Origin: an uncultured Kiritimatiellota bacterium
GTDB lineage: Bacteria > Verrucomicrobiota > Kiritimatiellia > RFP12 > DVOR01
Direction: 5' to 3'
NCBI GenBank assembly: GCA_944391065.1
Contig: CALXSH010000004.1
Span: forward strand, 2,842-66,841
DNA length: 64,000 bases
Part shown: positions 54,469 through 63,189 of the stretch, one piece after another
Position numbering within the stretch: the first letter of the stretch is position 1
Layout of the letters: each line of letters begins with the position of its first letter
Translations under genes and position numbers: made by a program
Notes under the pieces: generated by a model
What the model saw: the letters and a program-made list of their open reading frames with translations, nothing else
Told to the model about the DNA's origin: nothing
Databases searched by the model: none

Positions 54469-56092
54469 GAGACTGAAAAAACACCTTCCTTTCATCCTGT
54501 TGCTTCCCGTGACGGTCTGGTGGCTCCGTCCGGCCTGGTTCGGCACGATGGACAGCATGTACGACCGCTCCCAGCACATGGAATACGTCTGGATGATTCC
54601 GGTGCTGGCGCTCTTCATGCTCTGGCTCCGCCGTGACCGCATCCTGGCCTCGCTCGGACGTCCCGCCATTCTGCCGGCCATTCCCCTTCTGCTTTGCGCG
54701 GCGGGGTTGCTCTTCCTGGGCCTGCGCGGCGATCAGGCCCGCTTCCTTCAGTCTTCGGCCGTCTGCTTTCTGCTGGCCCTGCCGCTGGTGGCCTACGGCC
54801 GGAAGACCTTTGCGGCGGTCTGGTTTCCCATCCTGCTGCTGGCTTTCGTCATGCCGGTCGGCTTCTTGGACAACTTCACGGTGCCCCTGCGGCGGGCTTC
54901 GGTCTCGGTGACGGCCGTCCTGCTCAACGGCTTGGGCGTCCCCGTCCACCAGTCCGGGACGGCTATCCTCTCGGCCGACCCCACGACGCCCTTCCAGCTG
55001 GACGTGGCCGACCCCTGCAGCGGCATTCGGTCGTTGGTGGCGCTCTTTGTCGGCACGGCGGCTTACGGTGCCCTCGTGCTGCGCCGCGTCTGGACCCGCT
55101 GGGCCCTCTTCTTCGCATCGGTTCCCATAGCCTTCCTGGGCAATATCCTCCGTCTTCTGCTGACGGCGCTCACCTGCAGACTGGTCAGCCAGGCCGCGGG
55201 CATGCAGGTCCATGACAACGCCCTCTTCCTGGTCGCCCCGATTTACGCGCTGTGCGTCTTCGGCTGTGCCGATCTTCTCCGCCGTATCGAGGAGCGCGGC
55301 GATGCCGGGAAATCCGCACCGGCCCCGACCGCGGTCGCCGGAGCGCCTGCCGTTCCCGCGGGGTGGGGGCGCGTGGCCGCCGTCGCCGTCCTGGCTGTCG
55401 CTCTGGCCTGCTTCCGCGGCTGGGCCGTGCCGACCGGCGGACCGACGGTGCTCGAGAGCGACGCCTTCATCAGCAAGACCTTCGCCGACCTGCCCGGCTT
55501 CTCAATCCGTTTCCCTTACTTCTGTCAGAACCGCGAATGCCTGTGGAGCGAAAGCTATGTGCGTGGCACGGAGTTTCCGTCAGTCTGTCCCAAATGCGGC
55601 GGCCCCGTGCTGCCGGTCGCCAAGGCGGAGCTCGACATTCTGCCCGCCGACACCCAGAGCTACAAAGCCACTTATACGCGCCCTGACGGCATCTACTTCA
55701 CCGTCGCCCTCGTCATCGCCGGCGAATCCCGCCTCTCCATCCACCGTCCTGAACTCTGCCTACCGTCGCAGGGCTACGCGCTCAGCACGCGCGAGGTCCG
55801 CGAACTTCTGCCCGGGCTGCCGATGGCTTTCTTCTCGCTCCGCCGGCAGGGATCGGCACAGACGAGCGGATTCTGCTATGTCTTCCTGAACGCCTCCGGC
55901 GCCACGGTCTCGAACCTCCGTCGCGTGGTCGGCGACACGCTGATCCGCTCCTTCTCCAACCGAATCCCCCGCTGGGCCATGGTGACGATTTCCTCCAACG
56001 TCGACTTCCTCACGCCCGAGGGTGAAGCCGCGCTTCGGGACTTCCTGACCATGTGGGCCCCGACGATGCGGACGGACGCTGCCCGTGATTGA
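54455..56092 (+). CDS. Exosortase fused to an EpsI-like domain
   Basis: VADPCSGIRSL, GNILR, H in the last loop; C-terminal ILPADT...SIHRPELCLPSQG. Confidence 0.85.
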   Translation: MSLIERLKKHLPFILLLPVTVWWLRPAWFGTMDSMYDRSQHMEYVWMIPVLALFMLWLRRDRILASLGRPAILPAIPLLLCAAGLLFLGLRGDQARFLQSSAVCFLLALPLVAYGRKTFAAVWFPILLLAFVMPVGFLDNFTVPLRRASVSVTAVLLNGLGVPVHQSGTAILSADPTTPFQLDVADPCSGIRSLVALFVGTAAYGALVLRRVWTRWALFFASVPIAFLGNILRLLLTALTCRLVSQAAGMQVHDNALFLVAPIYALCVFGCADLLRRIEERGDAGKSAPAPTAVAGAPAVPAGWGRVAAVAVLAVALACFRGWAVPTGGPTVLESDAFISKTFADLPGFSIRFPYFCQNRECLWSESYVRGTEFPSVCPKCGGPVLPVAKAELDILPADTQSYKATYTRPDGIYFTVALVIAGESRLSIHRPELCLPSQGYALSTREVRELLPGLPMAFFSLRRQGSAQTSGFCYVFLNASGATVSNLRRVVGDTLIRSFSNRIPRWAMVTISSNVDFLTPEGEAALRDFLTMWAPTMRTDAARD

Positions 56093-56378
56093 ACTCGCCG
56101 CGACCCCGTGGCGCCGCATGCGCGGCCTGCTCGGGCGTGACGGCCTGCCGCCCGGCGATGCCCTGCTGATCCGCCCCTGCTGCGCAGTCCACACGATGGG
56201 CATGCGCTTCCCCCTCGATCTTCGCTTCTATGATCGGTCGGGACGGTTGGTCCGCGAGGTCCTCAACGTCCGTCCGGGCCGTTTCCTCGTCTGGGGCGGC
56301 TTCCGGGCGCGCAGCGTGCTCGAGTGCGCCGCCGGGGACCCTGCCTTCCGAAACTGTGCTATACTGCCGGACATATGA
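56085..56378 (+). CDS. DUF192 family protein
   Basis: A.T...RMRGLLGR, VHTMGMRFPLDL.F.D, A.SVLE. Confidence 0.8.
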   Translation: MIELAATPWRRMRGLLGRDGLPPGDALLIRPCCAVHTMGMRFPLDLRFYDRSGRLVREVLNVRPGRFLVWGGFRARSVLECAAGDPAFRNCAILPDI

Positions 56379-57166
56379 AAATCTCCCTGATTACGGTCTG
56401 CTACAACTCCGCCTCCCTGCTTCCGACGGCCCTTGAAAGCGTTTTGGCCCAACGTGATGCCGACTATGAATATCTCGTCGTCGACGGTGGCAGCGGCGAC
56501 GGGACCGTGGAGCTGCTCAAGGCCTGGGAACCCCGCTTCGGCGGACGGATGCGCTGGACCAGCGAACGCGACCGGGGGCTCTACGACGCCATCAATAAGG
56601 GCATAGCCCGTGCCACCGGTGATCTCGTCACTCTGCTTCATGCCGATGACATGCTTGACGGGGCCGACATCCTGGCGACCTGGGCCAAGGCCTTTGAGGA
56701 GGATCCCTCCCTGGACGCAGTCTACGCCGACATTCGCTTCGTCCCTGAACATGCCAAGTCTGCCTCCGAGCGGACGGTGCGGTACTATTCCGGCGGTTTT
56801 TGGCGTCCCTGGATGTTTCGCTGGGGATTGATGCCGCCCCATCCCAGTTTTGCCATCCGCAGGGAATGGTTCGCGAAGCTCGGCGGGTATCTGCCCGATA
56901 CCTTCCGCATCGCCGCAGACCATGAACTCCTCGTCCGCTTCCTTTACAAGGGCCGGCTGAAGACCCGCTACATTCCCTTCTGCACGACGGCCATGCGCGT
57001 CGGCGGTCTCTCGACTTCCGGGCTGGCCTCCAAATTCCGTCTCAACCGCGAAATCGTCCGTGCCAACCGCATGAACGGCATTTGGTGCTGCCTGCCCATG
57101 ATGGGGTTCAAGTACGCCTACAAGTGCGTTGAGCTGATCCGTCCCCTCCTTCGGAGAACCAAGTGA
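56375..57166 (+). CDS. Glycosyltransferase family 2
   Basis: ISLITVCYNS, VDGGSGDGT, D.GLYDAINKG, LHADD, PPHP. Confidence 0.9.
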   Translation: MKISLITVCYNSASLLPTALESVLAQRDADYEYLVVDGGSGDGTVELLKAWEPRFGGRMRWTSERDRGLYDAINKGIARATGDLVTLLHADDMLDGADILATWAKAFEEDPSLDAVYADIRFVPEHAKSASERTVRYYSGGFWRPWMFRWGLMPPHPSFAIRREWFAKLGGYLPDTFRIAADHELLVRFLYKGRLKTRYIPFCTTAMRVGGLSTSGLASKFRLNREIVRANRMNGIWCCLPMMGFKYAYKCVELIRPLLRRTK

Positions 57167-57840
57167 ATCTGCGCGTCCATTCCTACGAGAGCTTCGGGGC
57201 CGTTGACGGCCCCGGCATCCGTCTTGTCGTCTTTCTTCAGGGGTGTCCGCTGCGCTGTATCTTCTGTCACAACCCGGACACCTGGGCCGCCGACAAGGGG
57301 ACCGAGACGCCCGTCGAGGAGATTGTCCGCAAAGCCCGACGGATGCGTCCCTATCTCGGCAATGACGGCGGCGTGACCTTCTCCGGCGGCGAACCGCTGA
57401 TGCAGGCCGAGGCCGTGCTGGAAGCGACGAAGGCCCTCCAGGCCGAAGGCTTTCATGTCGCCATCGATACCTCGGGCGGCATCGACTCCGAGGCCGCCTA
57501 TGCCCTGCTCGATGCCGCCGACCTGATTCTGCTGGATGTGAAGGCGCCCGATCCCGAGCGTTTCCGTGAGGTCACGGGGGTGTCGCAGGAGGCCAATCGC
57601 CGCGTCTTCGATCACCTGCGCGAGACGCGAAAGCCTGTCTGGATCCGGCAGGTTGTCGCCGAAGGCCTCAATGACACGCCGGCCGAACGTGCCGCGACTG
57701 AGGCCTACATCGCCGGCCTCAACGTGCAGCGCATCGACCGCCTGCCTTATCACGAGCTCGGCCTCCACAAGTATGAGGAGCTCGGCATTCCGTACCGCGG
57801 TGCCGCGCTCCGTCCCCCGAAGAAGGAGGCGCTCCGCTGA
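57163..57840 (+). CDS. pflA: Pyruvate formate-lyase activating enzyme
   Basis: HSYESFGAVDGPGIR.VVFLQGCPLRCIFCHNPDTW, GGVTFSGGEP, LPYH..G..KY. Confidence 0.88.
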   Translation: MNLRVHSYESFGAVDGPGIRLVVFLQGCPLRCIFCHNPDTWAADKGTETPVEEIVRKARRMRPYLGNDGGVTFSGGEPLMQAEAVLEATKALQAEGFHVAIDTSGGIDSEAAYALLDAADLILLDVKAPDPERFREVTGVSQEANRRVFDHLRETRKPVWIRQVVAEGLNDTPAERAATEAYIAGLNVQRIDRLPYHELGLHKYEELGIPYRGAALRPPKKEALR

Positions 57841-59402
57841 TGGATGAGCGGGAAGCCAAACTTTACAGAAACCGGCTCCGTGACCTGGAGGATGACGGTC
57901 TCGGCGGAACGACGGCCGTCATGCCGCCGCTGCCGCGCCGGAAGACCTCCAATCCCCGCCGCCTGCTGGTCCAGACCTTCTTGGCCATGATTTTCATCGG
58001 CGGCGCCCTGCTCTGCACGCCGTGGTCGCAGCTCAGCGGCCGTTGGGCCTGGGATATCGCCGGGAAGCCCTTCAGCTGGTCCGTCTTCTGGCAGGCCATC
58101 ATCGACAATCTTTTTATGGCCACCTCGGCCTCCTGCGTGACGGGCCTGACGGTCGTCACGCCGACCCATTACTATTCCGATTTCGGCATGGTCGTGCTCT
58201 TCCTGCTGATTCAGCTGGGCGGCATCGGCATCATGACTCTCAGCACGCTGCTGATCTATCTGCTGATGGGGCGCCTCTCGGCGCGCGACGAAGCCGGCAT
58301 CATGCTGACCTCCGGCGCGCAGAGCACCCCCAGTGCCAGCGAACTGCTGAAGAAGACGGTCCGCTATGCCTTCTTCTTTGAGTCTCTCGGCGCCGTCGTG
58401 CTCTTCAGCCGCTACTATTTCACCCATGGCATGGCCTTCGGAAAGAGCTGGTGGTACGCCACCTACCATGCCGTCAGCGCCTTCTGCAATGCCGGTATCT
58501 CCCTCCATCCAGAGAATCTCGTGGCGATGCAGGATGACAAGGTCTATATGCTGGTCATCGCGTTTCTTGTCACCGTCGGCGGCCTGGGCTTCCTGGTTTT
58601 GGCCAATCTCAGCCGCTACCGCTTCTGGAAGCGCGATATCCGGCAGCGCGGCCATGTCTCGCTCCAGTCCCGCATCGTCCTCTGGTCCACGCTGGGCTGC
58701 GTCGGTATCGGCACGCTGCTCTTTCTGATCTTTGAATGGAACGGTCTCCTGGGCGAGAACCGCGGTCCTTCCGTGGCCGAATATCTGGTTGCCGGCGACT
58801 GGGACGGTGCTTTGTCCGGCGTCATGGAGTGGGGGCACAAAGCCATCGATGCCGTCTGCCAGACGACTATGTTCCGCACGGCGGGCTTCAACTTCTTCGA
58901 CCTTGGGCAGGCGACCCAGCAGTCGACCTTCGTGGCAATTCTCGTCATGCTGATCGGCGGCTCCCCGGCCTCGACGGCCGGCGGCATCAAGACGACCACC
59001 GTCGTCATCCTCTATCTGACCATCCGCGCCATGCTCCGCGGCGAACAGGATGTCTGCGTGCATCACCGCACCATCCCGCCCTCCATCGTGCGCGAGGCCA
59101 TGGTCATTGTCTTCTTCTATTTTTTCGTCCTGGTCGGCATCTATATGATTCTGCTGACCACGGAGCCGGCCATCCTCGCGGAGCATGGGTCGCTCGCCCT
59201 CTTCTACGAGGTAACCTCGGCGCTGGGCACCGTCGGCACGAGTATCAATTCGACGGGGTTGCTGACGCCTTTCGGCCGCGTCGTCATCAGTATCGCGATG
59301 TTTCTGGGGCGCGTCGGCCCCATTACCCTGGCCATGGCAGTCTCCATGCGCAATCCCACCCCGCGCATCCGTTATCCCGAGGAAAACGTCATCGTAGGCT
59401 GA
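57840..59402 (+). CDS. ktrB: KtrB/TrkH potassium uptake membrane subunit
   Basis: SASCVTGL, SAFCNAG, RTAGFN, STAGGIK, SALGTVG, MFLGRVGP. Confidence 0.9.
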   Translation: MDEREAKLYRNRLRDLEDDGLGGTTAVMPPLPRRKTSNPRRLLVQTFLAMIFIGGALLCTPWSQLSGRWAWDIAGKPFSWSVFWQAIIDNLFMATSASCVTGLTVVTPTHYYSDFGMVVLFLLIQLGGIGIMTLSTLLIYLLMGRLSARDEAGIMLTSGAQSTPSASELLKKTVRYAFFFESLGAVVLFSRYYFTHGMAFGKSWWYATYHAVSAFCNAGISLHPENLVAMQDDKVYMLVIAFLVTVGGLGFLVLANLSRYRFWKRDIRQRGHVSLQSRIVLWSTLGCVGIGTLLFLIFEWNGLLGENRGPSVAEYLVAGDWDGALSGVMEWGHKAIDAVCQTTMFRTAGFNFFDLGQATQQSTFVAILVMLIGGSPASTAGGIKTTTVVILYLTIRAMLRGEQDVCVHHRTIPPSIVREAMVIVFFYFFVLVGIYMILLTTEPAILAEHGSLALFYEVTSALGTVGTSINSTGLLTPFGRVVISIAMFLGRVGPITLAMAVSMRNPTPRIRYPEENVIVG

Positions 59403-59442
59403 CGGATACCTTCCCGCGGCGAAAGCATCTCCCCGAAAGCAG

Positions 59443-59475
59443 AAAAGCGCCCGCCTGAACGGCGGGCGCTTTTTT
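59443..59475. terminator. Bidirectional intrinsic terminator
   Basis: aaaagcgcccgcc-tgaac-ggcgggcgcttttt. Confidence 0.85.
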
Positions 59476-59498
59476 GGGTATACGGCGAAGAAGATCGC

Positions 59499-59594
59499 TT
59501 ACTTCTTCATGCCGGCGCGGAGGCGAGCCTTGACGCGCTTCGTGTAGGCGAGGCGGCGGGCACGCTTGGTGCGCTTGCGGAGCTGCTGACCCAT
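59499..59594 (-). CDS. 31-aa highly basic small protein (below the ORF-track cutoff)
   Basis: MGQQLRKRTKRARRLAYTKRVKARLRAGMKK*; RBS TAAGGAG; codons like those of rpsB/tsf (AAG, CGC, GCC); terminator directly downstream. Confidence 0.8.
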   Translation of the reverse strand: MGQQLRKRTKRARRLAYTKRVKARLRAGMKK

Positions 59595-59624
59595 GGGTGG
59601 TCTCCTTAAAATAATGGAAGGGCT

Positions 59625-59661
59625 AAAAAAGGACCGTGCGCGCGGCAACCCGTGCGCACGC
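59625..59661 (-). terminator. Hairpin plus U-tract after tsf
   Basis: cgtgcgcgcgg-caac-ccgtgcgcacg stem, followed on the minus strand by CCTTTTTT. Confidence 0.55.
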
Positions 59662-59666
59662 GGGGA

Positions 59667-60503
59667 TTAGGCCATGCCGAGCTGATAACGGACGAAGCGC
59701 TTGACTTCGATCGTGTCGCCGGTCGCCTTCTCGGCAGCCTTGACGATGTCGGTGACGGACATCTTGGGCTCCTTGACAAAGGGCTGGTCAATCAGGCAGA
59801 CCTCGGCAAAGTGCTTCTTCAGCTTGCCCTTGAGGATGCCCTCGATGATGTTGGCCGGCTTGCCTTCGACCTGGGCGCGGTAGACTTCCTTTTCGCTCTC
59901 GATCTCTTCGGCCGGAACTTCGGTCTCGTTGAGATAGCGGGCGCCGGCGGCAGCGGCCTGGAGGCAGATGTCATGGACGAGCTGGACGAAGGGCTCGGAG
60001 GTGACGGTCTCGGGCTTGCCGCAGCCGACCTCGACGAGGACGCCAATCTTGCCGCCCATGTGGATGTAGGACTCGATCTTGCCGGTGCCGGTCAGGGCGA
60101 AGTGCTTGGCGCGGCGGATCTTGACGTTCTCACCGGTCGCGGCGACCACTTCGGTCACGCGGGCAGCGTGGGTCTCGGCCAGATTCTCGTCACCCGCGGC
60201 GGCGGCAGCGGCGAGTTCCTTGGCGAAGTCCAGGAACTTGTCGGTCTTGGCGACGAAGTCGGTCTCGCAGTTGAGCTCGACAATGCCGTAGGCGCCGTTT
60301 TCGCCGGCGGCGGCGATGATGACGCCCTGCTTGGACTCGCGGTCGGCACGCTTGACCTGGAGGGCCAGGCCCTTCTCGCGAAGGATCTTGATGGCTTCTT
60401 CCATGTTGCCGTCCGTGGTCTGGAGGGCACGCTTGCAGTCCATCATGCCGACGTTGGTCGCGGCACGAAGGTCATTGATCATCTGAATGGTAATGTTGGC
60501 CAT
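59667..60503 (-). CDS. tsf: Elongation factor Ts
   Basis: LR..T.VGMMDCKRAL, ELNCETDFVAK, YIHMGGKIGV, CLIDQPFVK. Confidence 0.97.
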   Translation of the reverse strand: MANITIQMINDLRAATNVGMMDCKRALQTTDGNMEEAIKILREKGLALQVKRADRESKQGVIIAAAGENGAYGIVELNCETDFVAKTDKFLDFAKELAAAAAAGDENLAETHAARVTEVVAATGENVKIRRAKHFALTGTGKIESYIHMGGKIGVLVEVGCGKPETVTSEPFVQLVHDICLQAAAAGARYLNETEVPAEEIESEKEVYRAQVEGKPANIIEGILKGKLKKHFAEVCLIDQPFVKEPKMSVTDIVKAAEKATGDTIEVKRFVRYQLGMA

Positions 60504-60531
60504 GATGCTTTCCTTTCGGGAAATCGGACAA

Positions 60532-61458
60532 TTATTCCGCGGACTCGGAAGCGGCGGCAGCCTCGGCCTCGGCTTCAGCCTTGGCGGCGGCAACGGCTTC
60601 CTGAGCGGCGGCAGCGGCGGCGCGGCGGTTGCTCACCGGAGCGGGCGCGGCGGCCGGCTTGCGCGCGGCCGGACGGCGGGTGGCCGGACGGCGATCAGGC
60701 TTGGCCTCGGCGGACTTGGCGGCGCGCTCGGCCTCGCGTGCGGCGCGCTCTTCGGCGGCGGCCTTGGTGGCCTCGACGTCGGCGTCCTTCAGGACCTCGG
60801 CGAGCTTCTCGACGATCAGCTGGATGCCGCGGACGGAATCGTCGTTGCCGGGGATCACGTAATCGATCGGATCGGGATCGGCGTTGGAGTCAACGATGGC
60901 GACGACGGGGATGCCAAGACGCTTGGCTTCCTTGACGGCGTTGGCCTCGCGGCAGACGTCGACGATGAAGAGGGCGCCGGGCATGCGGTCCATGTCGGCC
61001 ACGCCGGTGAGGTTGGTCTCGAGCTTGGCGAGCTCACGGGCCAGAGCGGAGGCTTCCTGCTTGTGAGCGGAGAGAACGCCGTTGTTGTTGCGGGCCATCG
61101 TCTGGATCTGCTGCATGCGGCGGACGGAGCGGCGGATGGTCTGGTTATTGGTCAGCGTGCCGCCGAGCCAACGCTCGGTCATGTAGAACTGGTTGCAGGA
61201 TTCGGCAGCGGCCTTGACGACCTCCTGAGCCTGCTTCTTGGTGGCGACGAAGAGAACCTTCTGGCCGCCGGCGACGACGCCGCGGAGGAATTCGGCCGCC
61301 TCGTCGATAAGCTCGACGGTCTGGGTCAGGTCGATGATGTGGATGCCGTTGCGCTTGTCGAAGATGTAGGATTTCATCTTCGGATTCCAGCGCTTGGTCT
61401 GGTGGCCGAAATGCAGGCCGGCTTCAATGAGGGCCTTGAGCTCGATGAGATGAGCCAT
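60532..61458 (-). CDS. rpsB: 30S ribosomal protein S2 with Ala-rich tail
   Basis: EAGLHFGHQTKRWNPKM, RWLGGTLTN, IPGNDD. Confidence 0.97.
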   Translation of the reverse strand: MAHLIELKALIEAGLHFGHQTKRWNPKMKSYIFDKRNGIHIIDLTQTVELIDEAAEFLRGVVAGGQKVLFVATKKQAQEVVKAAAESCNQFYMTERWLGGTLTNNQTIRRSVRRMQQIQTMARNNNGVLSAHKQEASALARELAKLETNLTGVADMDRMPGALFIVDVCREANAVKEAKRLGIPVVAIVDSNADPDPIDYVIPGNDDSVRGIQLIVEKLAEVLKDADVEATKAAAEERAAREAERAAKSAEAKPDRRPATRRPAARKPAAAPAPVSNRRAAAAAAQEAVAAAKAEAEAEAAAASESAE

Positions 61459-61609
61459 GATGGGTGTCTTTCTGAAACGTGTCTGTCGTTTAATCCGCTT
61501 GGACGGGCGCACACGCGGGCGATTCCGTCTTCGCTTCCTGTCCGCCTCCGAACACCTATTCGGGTGCAAACAGTCCGCGCATAATACCAAAACTCCCTGT
61601 GCGATACAA
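61459..61609 (-). promoter_or_regulatory. rpsB promoter and structured leader (possible S2 autoregulatory element)
   Basis: TTGTAT-N17-TATTAT with extended TG (61609-61581); leader of about 115 nt containing GGAGGC and hairpins. Confidence 0.5.
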
Positions 61610-61881
61610 CATCCATTCGGGAGCCTGGGAATCGGACATTTTTTAACGTCACTCGCCATCCGAGGTGAGCCTACGGCCTAAGCGCGTAGGCGCACTTAAA
61701 CCTTCCGAATGAGGGGATGCATTTAGTCTTGCAAGAGTGGGAGCGCATTTTCTCTTGCAAGGGGGCGGATTATTGGAGATAAGGTTGATGGAGGCCCCCT
61801 CCCCCTCGAGGGGGAGGGGTGCATTTACTTCCTCCAAACGGGCTAGCGCCCGTACTAATCAAACCAGAAAGGGCTCCCACT

Positions 61882-62685
61882 ATGGAAGACAACGACACTC
61901 CCCAGAAGCGTAAGGCTCATCTCACGCGGGATGCCAGCATGGAAGAATACGCCGCGCTCAAACGGCGGATCTTTCAGGCACAGCGTCCGGGCGACCGCGC
62001 CTACCTTCCCTGGGGCCTCTCCCCGCTTGGCGTTCCCCAGGGCGTGACGCTGGAGCGCTTCGGACCCGAACCATGGGTGGACTGGCGATATGCGCCCGGT
62101 GTCGTGACTCACGGGGCGCTTTCCATCCCCGTGAACGGCGTTTTTGACAATCCGGTGCTGGGAAGCGCCGCCGCCTTGATTTGCGCCATGCTCACGGAGC
62201 TCGGACTTTCCCCCGGGGAGATTGCCGCCGGATTTTCCGCCTTTGAACCCTTGCCCCATCGGATGCAACGCCTTGGCGAAGTGCGCGGGGTCACCTTCAT
62301 CGATGACTCCAAGGCCACCTCACTGACCGCCACGCAGGCCGCCCTGCGAATGGTCGGGCGAGGCGTTCGGCTGATCGCCGGCGGCCGCCCGAAAGAGGAC
62401 GACCTCGACTTCTTGGACAGCGAGCTCTCCGCCGCCGTGAAGAAAGCCTATCTTATCGGCGAAGCGCAAGAAGCCCTGTTTGCCGCGTGGAAGGACATCC
62501 TTCCCTGCGTTCGGTGCGGCACGCTTCCCGAAGCCGCCCGCGTCGCGTTCGCCGACGCCGAGGCGGGGGACACGGTTCTCCTTTCCCCCGGGTGCGCCAG
62601 CTTCGACCAGTTCCCCGGCATGGCCGCCCGCGGCAACGCCTTCCGTGCACTCTTCGAGTCCCTTCAGAAGACCGTCACCCCATAA
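61882..62685 (+). pseudogene. murD: N-terminally truncated MurD-like ligase
   Basis: HLTR..SMEEY...K.RIF, LPHRMQ, DDSKAT, LIAGG..K, LLSPGCASFDQF...RG..F. The N-terminal domain and GTNGKT P-loop are absent. Confidence 0.7.
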
Positions 62686-62931
62686 CCGCCCTTCCCCGTC
62701 CGGCACTCCCCGCAAGATGCGCTTTTCTCGCGGCGTGAGGTTGATCTGCGTGGGATAGGGGTCAATGGCAGGGCCGGCGGGGATGATGCAAGCGCGGTTG
62801 GGGAGGATGTAAAAAGGTCGGGTGGCTTGCCATCCAGCAGAATCTTGTAGCGCCAAAAGGTGTCGTAGTAATCATAGGCAGGGAGCGCTCCACCCACCAC
62901 AAGGCAAAACAACCAAGCCAAGCAGCTTCAT
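62664..62931 (-). pseudogene. Frameshifted fragment of a secreted-protein gene
   Basis: RBS GGAGAGGAG, then ATG AAG CTG, one extra base, then LAWLFCLVVGGALPA-YDYYDTFW (signal peptide); the frame decays afterwards. Confidence 0.4.
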
Positions 62932-63189
62932 ACCTTTTCTCCTCTCCAAAAGAAACGACCTCTTCCCGTTTCAAAGCCTCACCGTGCGAGCATCGGCATT
63001 CCCTCCCGGAGGGCTCCCCCTTCCTTTAAGATACGCAGGTGCAGGGAAGTGCCCCCTGCCGAGGGGCGTGAGGCCGGGGTGGTTGCAAGTCGGCCGCCTT
63101 GGCGACAAAAAGGCCGAACAATGTCAAAACCACCGAGGCACTCCCACAACGCGGTTAAACCTGTGTTGCGTAACCTGCCTCCAAAAGTC

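Noticed and set aside
57163-57840. pflA without pflB as a novel system
   Set aside because: Activase genes unlinked from their glycyl-radical enzyme are common; the partner is probably elsewhere.
60532-60780. Ala/Arg-rich low-complexity tail of RpsB
   Set aside because: Variable C-terminal extensions of S2 are common.
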